A stretch of 64,000 bases of DNA, taken from positions 1 to 64,000 of the IMG/VR virus record IMGVR_UViG_3300032282_006516; one strand, given 5' to 3'. This DNA comes from a virus. A program made the translations under genes and the position numbers. Below are positions 44,650-52,217 of this stretch, one piece after another (the first letter of the stretch is position 1; each line of letters starts with the position of its first letter). The notes beneath the pieces are model-generated. The model was not told the origin of the DNA and did not search any database. It saw nothing but the letters and a program-made list of their open reading frames with translations.

Positions 44650-46004
44650 GTGAACTCCTTGTGGTCGGAAGATTGCAGCCGGGACACGATAATGCCCACG
44701 CGCTCAAGAAGTTCAAGCGATTCTTTTCGCCGGTAATCTTGGGCGTACCAAACGCGCACGACTCCACCGAGATTGATGAGACGTTTCGCACACATCAAGC
44801 AGGGCAGGTGCGTGCAGAAAACAATCTTCGGCGTGTCGCGGGGCACGTCGCAGTTGATGACCGCGTTCTCTTCTGCGTGAAGGCAGTTTTGCGCTACCAT
44901 GCCTGCATTCCCGGCGGCGTACCACCCCGACCGGGTCTGAAGGTTGTACACATGGCCCGCCCACTCCTTGCGCTCGATGAGCCGGACCTTGTTCGACGCT
45001 ACCTTGAGGGGGACACTGTTCTGTCCCTGGCAGCGCGGTACAAGGTCTCGCACACGACCATCCAAAACCGCCTGCGCAAACACGGCGTCCTTCGCCAAAT
45101 GGCCGAGGACCTGCGCCGGCATAAGAGCGCCTCGCGGCTGCGCCTCCCCATCGAAGACCTCGTGCGCCGCTACAACGCCGGAGAATCCGCCAACGGCCTC
45201 GCGGCTGTATTCCACGTAAGCCGTGGTGCTATCGAACGCCGTCTTCAAGAGGCGGGAGTTCTCGACATCGAGCGGCGAACTACGCGCCGCTCCCGACGGG
45301 CGCGCGAAGTCGATGGCCGAGTGCGCCGGGCCTTGAACGCCGAGAAGCGGGGGACGCTCCAGGGCAGCGGGGAGGCTTGGTTGGTCGAAGAGACACAGAA
45401 AGCCGGACTCTTCGTAGAACCTCAGAAAGCAGTCGGAGGATACAACCTCGACCTCCTGGTCGAGCACACCGTCGCCGTGGAACTGATGACGGGCGCCAGC
45501 ATGCCGTACCAACCGGCCCGCTATGGCGAGCGACTCAAATACCTGCTCGACAGGCACACGCTTTTGGTCGTGTGGAGCTGCGGACGACACACCCTCGTCC
45601 CAGCAGGCGTGCAAAAGCTCGTCGCCCTCTTGAAGAGTCTCTGCAGCAACCCAACCCCGCCCAAGCACCAGTACTGGGTGATTCGGGGTGACGGTGAAGT
45701 CGTCGTACGCGGTGACCAGCCGTACGACCGTGCCCTCGTACCAGCGGCGGTACGCGCGTTCGACCGACAGTGCCGTCGTAAGCGTACCTGACACAAAACA
45801 GCCACAGTTTCCTACCGCGGCTTCACCGTGCACGTCGCAGTCGTTGTCGCACCCTGCCGCGTTGCCGTTGTACCCGACAGCCAGCACCTTTCTGAAATCG
45901 GGCGTAACAATCGCGCAACCCACACGCAGGCGACGACACGTCGAACGCTCGCTCATGCTGGAAGCGAGACGCATGTAAATGTCTTGAAACGAAGGACGCA
46001 TCAA
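44646..46004 (-). CDS. dCMP deaminase interrupted by an intein
   Basis: N-extein STCRRLRVGCAIV..GYNG..GNCG; C-extein CLHAEENAV..HLPCLMCAKRLINLG. Confidence 0.92.
   Translation of the reverse strand: MMRPSFQDIYMRLASSMSERSTCRRLRVGCAIVTPDFRKVLAVGYNGNAAGCDNDCDVHGEAAVGNCGCFVSGTLTTALSVERAYRRWYEGTVVRLVTAYDDFTVTPNHPVLVLGRGWVAAETLQEGDELLHACWDEGVSSAAPHDQKRVPVEQVFESLAIAGRLVRHAGARHQFHGDGVLDQEVEVVSSDCFLRFYEESGFLCLFDQPSLPAALERPPLLGVQGPAHSAIDFARPSGAARSSPLDVENSRLLKTAFDSTTAYVEYSREAVGGFSGVVAAHEVFDGEAQPRGALMPAQVLGHLAKDAVFAQAVLDGRVRDLVPRCQGQNSVPLKVASNKVRLIERKEWAGHVYNLQTRSGWYAAGNAGMVAQNCLHAEENAVINCDVPRDTPKIVFCTHLPCLMCAKRLINLGGVVRVWYAQDYRRKESLELLERVGIIVSRLQSSDHKEFT
44886..45800 (-). mobile_element. Intein, 305 aa (CFVSGT...VAQN, +1 Cys)
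   Basis: Block A CFVSGT, block B TVTPNHP, WVAAETLQEGD, block F HVYNLQT, terminal QN followed by C. Removing it restores GNCG-CLHAE. Confidence 0.92.
44952..45791 (+). CDS. Antisense-encoded tandem-HTH plus Vsr/DUF559-like endonuclease nested in the intein
   Basis: GAAGG RBS and ATG; two DLVRRY..L.A...VS...I..RL...GV repeats; GSGEAWL..EPQKAVGGYNLDLLV..VAVE. Confidence 0.8.
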   Translation: MARPLLALDEPDLVRRYLEGDTVLSLAARYKVSHTTIQNRLRKHGVLRQMAEDLRRHKSASRLRLPIEDLVRRYNAGESANGLAAVFHVSRGAIERRLQEAGVLDIERRTTRRSRRAREVDGRVRRALNAEKRGTLQGSGEAWLVEETQKAGLFVEPQKAVGGYNLDLLVEHTVAVELMTGASMPYQPARYGERLKYLLDRHTLLVVWSCGRHTLVPAGVQKLVALLKSLCSNPTPPKHQYWVIRGDGEVVVRGDQPYDRALVPAAVRAFDRQCRRKRT

Positions 46005-46309
46005 AGGGCTCCTCGGGCGGCTAAAACTTCGCGCATCACATCCCGTGCGTAGTCACAAGCGCGGCGCTGTACGCGCCACGCAAGCGGGCTACCGGCGTAG
46101 GACACCCCAAAAACTTCGGGGCGTGTGAACTCCTTGTCGTAGTGCTGCGGTCCGTCTTCACGCGACGGCCACACCACACGCAGCGTGAACTCCCCGTCCT
46201 TGCCGGGAAGAAAGTCTACGGACGTAGCGTAGGTTGCGCGCCGGATAGGGTCGGCCCACCCACGCAGCTGCCCGCAAAGAGTTTGAAGAAGTACCGTACC
46301 TCGGTCCAT
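46001..46309 (-). CDS. Hypothetical protein
   Basis: 102 aa; ATGA overlap with the deaminase. Confidence 0.65.
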   Translation of the reverse strand: MDRGTVLLQTLCGQLRGWADPIRRATYATSVDFLPGKDGEFTLRVVWPSREDGPQHYDKEFTRPEVFGVSYAGSPLAWRVQRRACDYARDVMREVLAARGAL

Positions 46310-46318
46310 ACTGCCTCC

Positions 46319-46771
46319 GTGGCGCGCGACCTACGGTACATCACGAGCGAACGCTTTATCCACGATGACCTCGCGGCACGCGCGGCTGACATGGCGAAGG
46401 AAGCTCTACAGCAGTGGCGAAAAGAACGCCGCATCGAGAGCTTCGCCATCAGCTGGCCCAGCGAGCACATCGTTGGAGACGACGGTTCGACCATCACGCA
46501 CGCGGTGCTTATGCCGCTGCGCGGTGACTTAGACGAAGGGGCGAAGCACGCAGCGCTGACGCGGATGGTCGAGAAGACCAAAGCGTACGGACTCGTCGTG
46601 ATTGAGCGTCGTCAGAACGAAATCCGCGTGCTCTTTGAAACGCACCATGGCGCCCGAGCCTGGATTACTCCGCTCAAGCGCCATGGGGACCTCCTTGTTC
46701 CTGGGAGGACGCAGGTGCGCGATAACGCCGAGTGTCTGGGATTTCTCTGGCGTCCGCAGCTCGTCAGCTAG
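46319..46771 (+). CDS. Hypothetical protein (start GTG 46319 or ATG 46391)
   Basis: Protein-like composition; TTGAAG-N18-CATACT at 46283-46312 upstream. Confidence 0.6.
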   Translation: MARDLRYITSERFIHDDLAARAADMAKEALQQWRKERRIESFAISWPSEHIVGDDGSTITHAVLMPLRGDLDEGAKHAALTRMVEKTKAYGLVVIERRQNEIRVLFETHHGARAWITPLKRHGDLLVPGRTQVRDNAECLGFLWRPQLVS

Positions 46772-46772
46772 T

Positions 46773-47426
46773 TCAGCTCGCGCCGGGAATCGGGAAGCCG
46801 ACCGCGATGGCTGCCTTCTTGAGACGCTCGTGCTGCGCACGCTCCTCCGCCGAAAGCGTGGTCTCGTCGATGAGACCGTTGCCGCTACGCGCCTGAATCT
46901 CCTCGACCACGCCGGTCTCGGGCGTATCCAGGGTCACGCGCGTTGCCGCATCACGCGCCACGGTGCGCGCATTCAGGTAGTACTCCGCCGTCGCCGCCGC
47001 GTACGCGCGCTGCTCCATCTCGTTGAGCGAACCGGCGTTGCGGTACGCCGAGATGACCGTCGCCGCGGCGTGCTGGCGAACCGTCGACGGGTCATTCGTC
47101 GCGTCGTCCTGCGCAGCCGCCGTCGCCCGACCCGCCTTGACCGCCTTGACCGCCTTCTTCGCGGCCTTGGCCGGCTTCACCGCCTTGGCAGGCTTCGTGG
47201 CCTTAGCGGGCTTCTTTTCCGCCTTGTCAGCCTTGGCCGCCTTGACGGCCTTCTTCACCGCCGGCGCTCCGCCGAAGTGCTTCTCCGCCGTGGTGCGGGC
47301 CTTCTCCTTGTCCGCATCCGACCAATCCGACTTGCCGATGGCACGACGCGCGCCGACGAGACCGGCGTACTTCCCGGCCTTGAGGTTGATGGCGAACTTC
47401 TCCGGGCTGAGCTTCTCGTAGTTCAT
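46773..47426 (-). CDS. Lys/Ala-rich histone-H1-like protein (KPAKA repeats)
   Basis: AVKKAVKAAKADKAEKKPAKATKPAKAVKPAKAAKKAVKAVKA. Confidence 0.7.
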   Translation of the reverse strand: MNYEKLSPEKFAINLKAGKYAGLVGARRAIGKSDWSDADKEKARTTAEKHFGGAPAVKKAVKAAKADKAEKKPAKATKPAKAVKPAKAAKKAVKAVKAGRATAAAQDDATNDPSTVRQHAAATVISAYRNAGSLNEMEQRAYAAATAEYYLNARTVARDAATRVTLDTPETGVVEEIQARSGNGLIDETTLSAEERAQHERLKKAAIAVGFPIPGAS

Positions 47427-47494
47427 GTCTGAAAGTCTCCTGCGTGAGCACCGTTAGTGGCGGCTCAATACTCCATTGTGGAGGGCTTGTAGAA

Positions 47495-47572
47495 ATACTA
47501 CCGCCTGCAACGATGTCAACCTCTCTTCTGAAAGAAGAGAGGGCTCGACAGCCTTGTACCGCAAGTAGTACG
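47495..47572. promoter_or_regulatory. Divergent sigma70-like promoter pair around a hairpin
   Basis: Minus strand TTGACA (47519-47514)..GTAGTAT; plus strand TCGACA (47545)..GTAGTAC; hairpin CCTCTCTTCT-gaa-AGAAGAGAGG between them. Confidence 0.4.
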
Positions 47573-47603
47573 ACATTTTGGGTACAAGAACCGTGGAGGT
47601 CGT

Positions 47604-47807
47604 ATGGCCAAGAAAATGGTGTTCATCTGTGATGGTTCGTCGTGCGGTGCAATTCTCGTCAACCCGAGCGACGGGTTCGTTCTCCGGGGCAGCATTCGTG
47701 CAACCGCTCTGGAAGAGGCGGGAGCGCTCGCGCCCCTCGTAACTACGGGGGAAAACGAAGAAACCGCACTCTGCCGGGAGTGCATGATGAAGGCGCTGAA
47801 GCTCTAG
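47604..47807 (+). CDS. Small Zn-finger protein
   Basis: GGAGG RBS; CDGSSC..CREC. Confidence 0.7.
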   Translation: MAKKMVFICDGSSCGAILVNPSDGFVLRGSIRATALEEAGALAPLVTTGENEETALCRECMMKALKL

Positions 47808-47815
47808 GTGCAGCC

Positions 47816-48679
47816 ATGATGGATTATGGAAGGGCCATCGCCTGGCTCAACGCACCGCGAAGGAAAGACCGTACGCGCATCGGGCACGAGACATACCTCT
47901 CCCGGACTCAAGAGGGTGTTGCCCTAGAGTATCGAGAGAGTTTCATCGTGACGTACCGCCCAAATGGGGACCTGTGGTTCCACAACCGCGGCTACCAGAC
48001 ACGGACGACTAAGGACCGGTACAACCGATTCTTGCCGCCAAACTTCTGGGTGTACGAACACGACAAGTTGTGGTTTCTGCAAACGCCCGCGGGAACGCGG
48101 CCGTTTCGGAACGGGATGGTCGTGAAGCCCTCAGGGCGGGTCGAAGGGTTTCCGGCGCCATTCTATGAGATTGACGCGCGAGACCTCTACGACCGCACCC
48201 GGCGGTACGCTCGCGACTACACCGACGTACTTACCCGTGGTCTTATCAACCGACCGCGCGGCGAAGGGGATTGCCCCAAATGCTACGACGTTCTCTTTGA
48301 GCTTACTGGCGGAAACACAATCCACGACGAGGCGGCCGTCCAACGGCACCTGTTGGAACATGTGCAAGAGCAGAGCACACCCGGCTCATTGATAGCGCTC
48401 GCCGCAGCGCGACACGCCGTGCGCGGTTACCCAACCAGCACTGGAGGGCTGTTCCGGTACTCGCCGTCGTTCGCGGCGGTTGTTGAAGTCTGCTGGCCAG
48501 ATTCGCAAAAGCTGCGAAAGAAGCCACGGACGAAAGCAGAGAAAATCGAGCAGGTTGAACTACGTATGCTGCGAAATAGCGACGTAGCCCTGCCGAACAT
48601 CCAACCACGGTACTGGCGAAGAGAAATCGCCAGCGTTCTAAAGCACTTCTTGCTGGAGAAGTTCGAGTTCAGCGTATGA
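47816..48679 (+). CDS. Phage hypothetical protein
   Basis: ATG at 47816; GYQTRTTKDRYNRFL motif, CPKC. Confidence 0.7.
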   Translation: MMDYGRAIAWLNAPRRKDRTRIGHETYLSRTQEGVALEYRESFIVTYRPNGDLWFHNRGYQTRTTKDRYNRFLPPNFWVYEHDKLWFLQTPAGTRPFRNGMVVKPSGRVEGFPAPFYEIDARDLYDRTRRYARDYTDVLTRGLINRPRGEGDCPKCYDVLFELTGGNTIHDEAAVQRHLLEHVQEQSTPGSLIALAAARHAVRGYPTSTGGLFRYSPSFAAVVEVCWPDSQKLRKKPRTKAEKIEQVELRMLRNSDVALPNIQPRYWRREIASVLKHFLLEKFEFSV

Positions 48680-49077
48680 AACGCGTTTACGAGCGTACCG
48701 TACGAGCCTGGCTCGTCTTAGAAGACGACGCTGCGGTGTTGTTTGAGCTGCTGCGCAGTGCCGTACGGCGCGCCCGTAAAGACAAGGCCCCGACTACCCA
48801 GAGTGAGGTAGTCGGGGCCATCGTAACGGCGTATTGTCTTAGCCACCGGATGGACATCCTGGAGCACTTACCCAATGAGTTCGAACGGCAGCGCTTTGAA
48901 GAGGCTCTTCAATCCCACCGCGTCGTCACCCGACTACCTCGCTCCCATCGCGCCAACCGTCTTCGACCAAGAGGTGACGTTCCCTCGGTTCCCGACGCTG
49001 CAGGAGCAACTGGCGCACCTGAACGGAACAGCGCCCCATCCGTTGATGGAAGTGGGCGTGGCACCCCCACCTCCTGA
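48676..49077 (+). CDS. Hypothetical protein
   Basis: ATGA overlap; 3' part overlaps the next ORF. Confidence 0.5.
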   Translation: MKRVYERTVRAWLVLEDDAAVLFELLRSAVRRARKDKAPTTQSEVVGAIVTAYCLSHRMDILEHLPNEFERQRFEEALQSHRVVTRLPRSHRANRLRPRGDVPSVPDAAGATGAPERNSAPSVDGSGRGTPTS

Positions 49078-49429
49078 CCGGTCCCTTTTCCAAGGCCTGC
49101 TCGGCGGGCGTCTCGACGTCTTGCAGCAAGACGTTCAGGAGAATCCAGACCGCTACGACGAGGCCACGCGTGCGGTGTTTGCCGAGCTAAGTTCCGGAGC
49201 GAAAACGGTCGAGAGTCTCGACCCGGTTGCCCGGAAGGCTCTCGACCGCGCCACACTGGATTTCGCTTCGTACCGCCCGCCGCGCACCGCGGCACGGTCG
49301 GAACCTTCCAAGCCGCCACCGGCGCCGAAAAAGCCCCGACTCCTTTATGATGGAGTACTGGAGGACGGCCGGGCACCGCAGGTCGAAGAACCCGGCGGGC
49401 CGATGACCGCCTACTGGTGGCTCACATGA
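48875..49429 (+). CDS. Hypothetical protein (start uncertain)
   Basis: 184-aa ORF ending in ..YWWLT. Confidence 0.55.
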   Translation: MSSNGSALKRLFNPTASSPDYLAPIAPTVFDQEVTFPRFPTLQEQLAHLNGTAPHPLMEVGVAPPPPDRSLFQGLLGGRLDVLQQDVQENPDRYDEATRAVFAELSSGAKTVESLDPVARKALDRATLDFASYRPPRTAARSEPSKPPPAPKKPRLLYDGVLEDGRAPQVEEPGGPMTAYWWLT

Positions 49430-50186
49430 AGGGCGTCCCGAGTGTGGGCTGTCCGTACTCGTTGACACCATACGGAAGCTGGTAGCCGACTCCACGGCGG
49501 GGTCCGCCATAAGGCGCGGGAGGACCTTGGGGCTCGCGATTCATCTCACGCGAAGCCGCCGAAATCCCCTTACTGCCAAGCGCCAGGCCACCAGCCGCCA
49601 GTCCCGTAAGTGCGAGATTACCCTTCCAGCCAAGTCCGAGTTTTCCCTTGAGTTGGTCTTTGGCTTCAGAAACCAGAGACGTCAGGTCACCCTCTGGTGC
49701 TGGGGGTTTCGGGATAGGCGGGGCCTTGAACGGCTTGACCGCGTTTACGGCCTTCGTGCCAAACTGTTTGATGGTCGGTACGATTTTCGAACCGAAGGAT
49801 TTTGCCGTGGCGACAAAGTCACCAATTCCGGCTTCCTTCGCCATATCTGCGCCTGTTTCGGCGGCAATTGACGCCAACCGAACCATGCCCTCATCCCAGC
49901 CCGCCGGAAGGTCGCTTCCTGCCGGAATGATGAGTGGAACCCGTGTATGTCGCAGGTTTTGGTTAACCTGCCGAATCTTAGCTAGTTCGTACTCACGGCG
50001 AGCTTCGTACCGAAGCCGATCCTCAAGTTGCTGGTCAGCAACTTCTTGTCGCATCTTTTCGGCCAAACGGTAGCTGAGAACCCGCGCGGCAAGACCCATC
50101 GCAAGAGGAGCTTCTCCGGCGAGTTTCGCCAAGAAAACGTCCTCCGTACCATAGTGCTGCATCAACGCAGGAATCGGAGTATCCAT
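49422..50186 (-). CDS. Putative head-packaged protein with K-x-A motifs and hydrophobic Gly segment
   Basis: VFLAKLAG, MAKEAG; LALTGLAAGGLALG. Confidence 0.6.
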   Translation of the reverse strand: MDTPIPALMQHYGTEDVFLAKLAGEAPLAMGLAARVLSYRLAEKMRQEVADQQLEDRLRYEARREYELAKIRQVNQNLRHTRVPLIIPAGSDLPAGWDEGMVRLASIAAETGADMAKEAGIGDFVATAKSFGSKIVPTIKQFGTKAVNAVKPFKAPPIPKPPAPEGDLTSLVSEAKDQLKGKLGLGWKGNLALTGLAAGGLALGSKGISAASREMNREPQGPPAPYGGPRRGVGYQLPYGVNEYGQPTLGTPFM

Positions 50187-50362
50187 CAGGCTGCCGTAAC
50201 ACGCTTTCGCGCGAGAAGCTGTGTGATGTCGGAAGCACGCCGAAACGCGTCGACCTGGACGCGGCGCAACGAAGCAATCGCTTCGTGCACCACGGGGTCG
50301 GTCGGTGCCGGAAGGTCTTCGTCAGGAGCCGACGACCGTTCGCGAATCTCTGGCCGACTCAC
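50186..50362 (-). CDS. Small hypothetical protein
   Basis: GTG at 50362 in a GTGA overlap. Confidence 0.45.
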   Translation of the reverse strand: MSRPEIRERSSAPDEDLPAPTDPVVHEAIASLRRVQVDAFRRASDITQLLARKRVTAA

Positions 50363-50775
50363 TTCAGCATACCTTCCAGGCGCCCGAGCGTTCTCGCCAT
50401 TTCCTTCCATTGGTCCTCCTGCGACTTCGTGAACGACGCAAATGCATCACTACGAACGTAGCGAGACCCTCGTTCTTTTAGCTTCTCGATGTCCTGGTGC
50501 ATTTGCGCCAGTTCCTTGGCGCGCATATCCACGAGCTGCTGCTGATGTTGCAGCTCGCGTCGAATGTCGGCACGAAACGCATCGAGTTCGGCCCGCCAAC
50601 CCGCAGCCGCAATCTCGTACTGTCGCCGCAGACGCGGAACCTCGTCCGAGAGCTTTGTCAGCGCGTCCTCGCACGCTTTGAGGCGCTGCTTGAAGCGGAA
50701 GAACGCGCCTAGAAACGATGCCCCACCGCTGGCCGCTGCCGTCAAGCCGTGGTCGAGAATGGTAGTCCAGTCCAA
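50359..50775 (-). CDS. N-terminal TM plus coiled-coil protein (holin-like?)
   Basis: AGGAGG RBS and TTG start; hydrophobic N-terminus then heptads. Confidence 0.5.
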   Translation of the reverse strand: MDWTTILDHGLTAAASGGASFLGAFFRFKQRLKACEDALTKLSDEVPRLRRQYEIAAAGWRAELDAFRADIRRELQHQQQLVDMRAKELAQMHQDIEKLKERGSRYVRSDAFASFTKSQEDQWKEMARTLGRLEGMLK

Positions 50776-50820
50776 GAGGCCTCCTGACACAAGCAAAGGG
50801 CAGGAGCGCCCCGGCCGGCA

Positions 50821-51207
50821 TCATCCGAGCACCCAGACGCGCAGCTGGCAGGACGAGGTGTAGATGATGCTGAGCGAAGTCGCTCCCGACGACGGCGTCG
50901 GGTTGAACCACACAAAGAAACCCCCAGCAGAGATTTCAAGTGGTTCCGTTCCCCCGTTGATTACGCACCGAACGACAGCGCCCGACTGCCCGCCGTCGTA
51001 TCGAATCAACAGCCCCTTGGCTCCGGGCGCCCCAACCGACCCAAAATCGAACGACTTCGTACCGGCGCCCACCAAGTTGAGCACCGACTCCTGCAGCGAA
51101 ACGAACTGCGAGGCGAAGTTGAACGGGATGGGGTCCTGCGGAAGCGACTGGTCGGCCGCCAGCTGCAAAGACCCCGCGAATGCAAACGGCTGAACAACCG
51201 GAGCCAT
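50821..51207 (-). CDS. Hypothetical (probable virion) protein
   Basis: 128 aa, beta-rich, directly after the tail tube gene. Confidence 0.55.
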   Translation of the reverse strand: MAPVVQPFAFAGSLQLAADQSLPQDPIPFNFASQFVSLQESVLNLVGAGTKSFDFGSVGAPGAKGLLIRYDGGQSGAVVRCVINGGTEPLEISAGGFFVWFNPTPSSGATSLSIIYTSSCQLRVWVLG

Positions 51208-51216
51208 GGGCTACTC

Positions 51217-51972
51217 CTACGAGTTCTGGATGCCGGGGAAGGTCCCGTTCGTACCGCCCGCGTTGGCGTTCGAGTTCGTGATGAGCGTAAGGGCAGCCAC
51301 CGCCACCGGCACGGCGCGCTCGAACTGCACCGCGACGGACTCCTGAATGAGCACGCCCTGCGCATCCGTGGCCCACGAATGGTTCGGCAGGTAGCAGGCC
51401 TCGAAGTACACAGCCGCCAGCGTGTCGAGATTGATGTCGCGGATGTACATCAGCATGCCGATGGGCTGCGCGAACAGGTCCGACGCCAGGTTGACGTAGA
51501 TGTTGTCGTAGCCCGGAGGAATGATGACGTCGTGCGGGTTCGACATGGCCTTGTTGCCCGCGTTCGGGAACATGGCCGGAACCGCCGTCGGAGGAATGAG
51601 GTCCTGGTAGTACGCGTACAGCGTCCGGAGCAGCGACGCGCCGTGGTAGTAGATGCGCCCGAGACCGAGCTGACCCACGGTACGACCCGCGATGAAGTAG
51701 CTCCGCTCAGAACCAATTTCGAAGATACGCGAGAACTGCCGCGTATGGCTGAGATTGAAGTTCTGGACGATGCCAATCGGGTAGACGATTTGATTCGCCG
51801 CCTGCCCGTTGCCCTTCACCGCGCCGGCTACGGCAGCAGCACCGCCGATGTTCGCAAGGCGGGGCGGACCCGCAGCGAGCATCGTGAAGCCGGCGTTTGC
51901 GTAACGCCCATCGACCATGCCGGCCTGGACGTAATTCGAGTACGGCGCCCAATCGGAGAAGTTGCCAGCCAT
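51217..51972 (-). CDS. Tail tube protein
   Basis: IGIVQNFNLSHTRQFSRIFEIGSERSYFIAGRTVG; follows the sheath. Confidence 0.75.
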   Translation of the reverse strand: MAGNFSDWAPYSNYVQAGMVDGRYANAGFTMLAAGPPRLANIGGAAAVAGAVKGNGQAANQIVYPIGIVQNFNLSHTRQFSRIFEIGSERSYFIAGRTVGQLGLGRIYYHGASLLRTLYAYYQDLIPPTAVPAMFPNAGNKAMSNPHDVIIPPGYDNIYVNLASDLFAQPIGMLMYIRDINLDTLAAVYFEACYLPNHSWATDAQGVLIQESVAVQFERAVPVAVAALTLITNSNANAGGTNGTFPGIQNS

Positions 51973-51976
51973 CGTC

Positions 51977-52201
51977 TTACTCCCTCACCTTGGAGGTGTA
52001 GTCTCCCCCGAGGTCTTCGTACACGTTCAGGGTCTTACCCGTGTCGAACGTCGCAGCGACGCGGAGGAGACCGACATCCGCTCGCGCAATCTTCTGAAGA
52101 AGAACCGCCTCCAACGAGGAAACGCGCGGCGAACCGAACCGCTCCTCCAGAGCGGCCCGGCCCACCACCTCAGCGGCAAGTTTTCGCAGTTCAGTACTCA
52201 T
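51977..52201 (-). CDS. Small protein with ELRKLAA/LQKIA motifs
   Basis: ATG at 52201; lies between sheath and tube. Confidence 0.55.
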   Translation of the reverse strand: MSTELRKLAAEVVGRAALEERFGSPRVSSLEAVLLQKIARADVGLLRVAATFDTGKTLNVYEDLGGDYTSKVRE

Positions 52202-52217
52202 TGAGCGCCCCGGCACA

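Noticed and set aside
44643-44951. 5' extension of the plus-strand ORF given in the track (382 aa)
   Set aside because: It overlaps the deaminase C-extein and reads as a shadow. The RBS and the first HTH point to the ATG at 44952.
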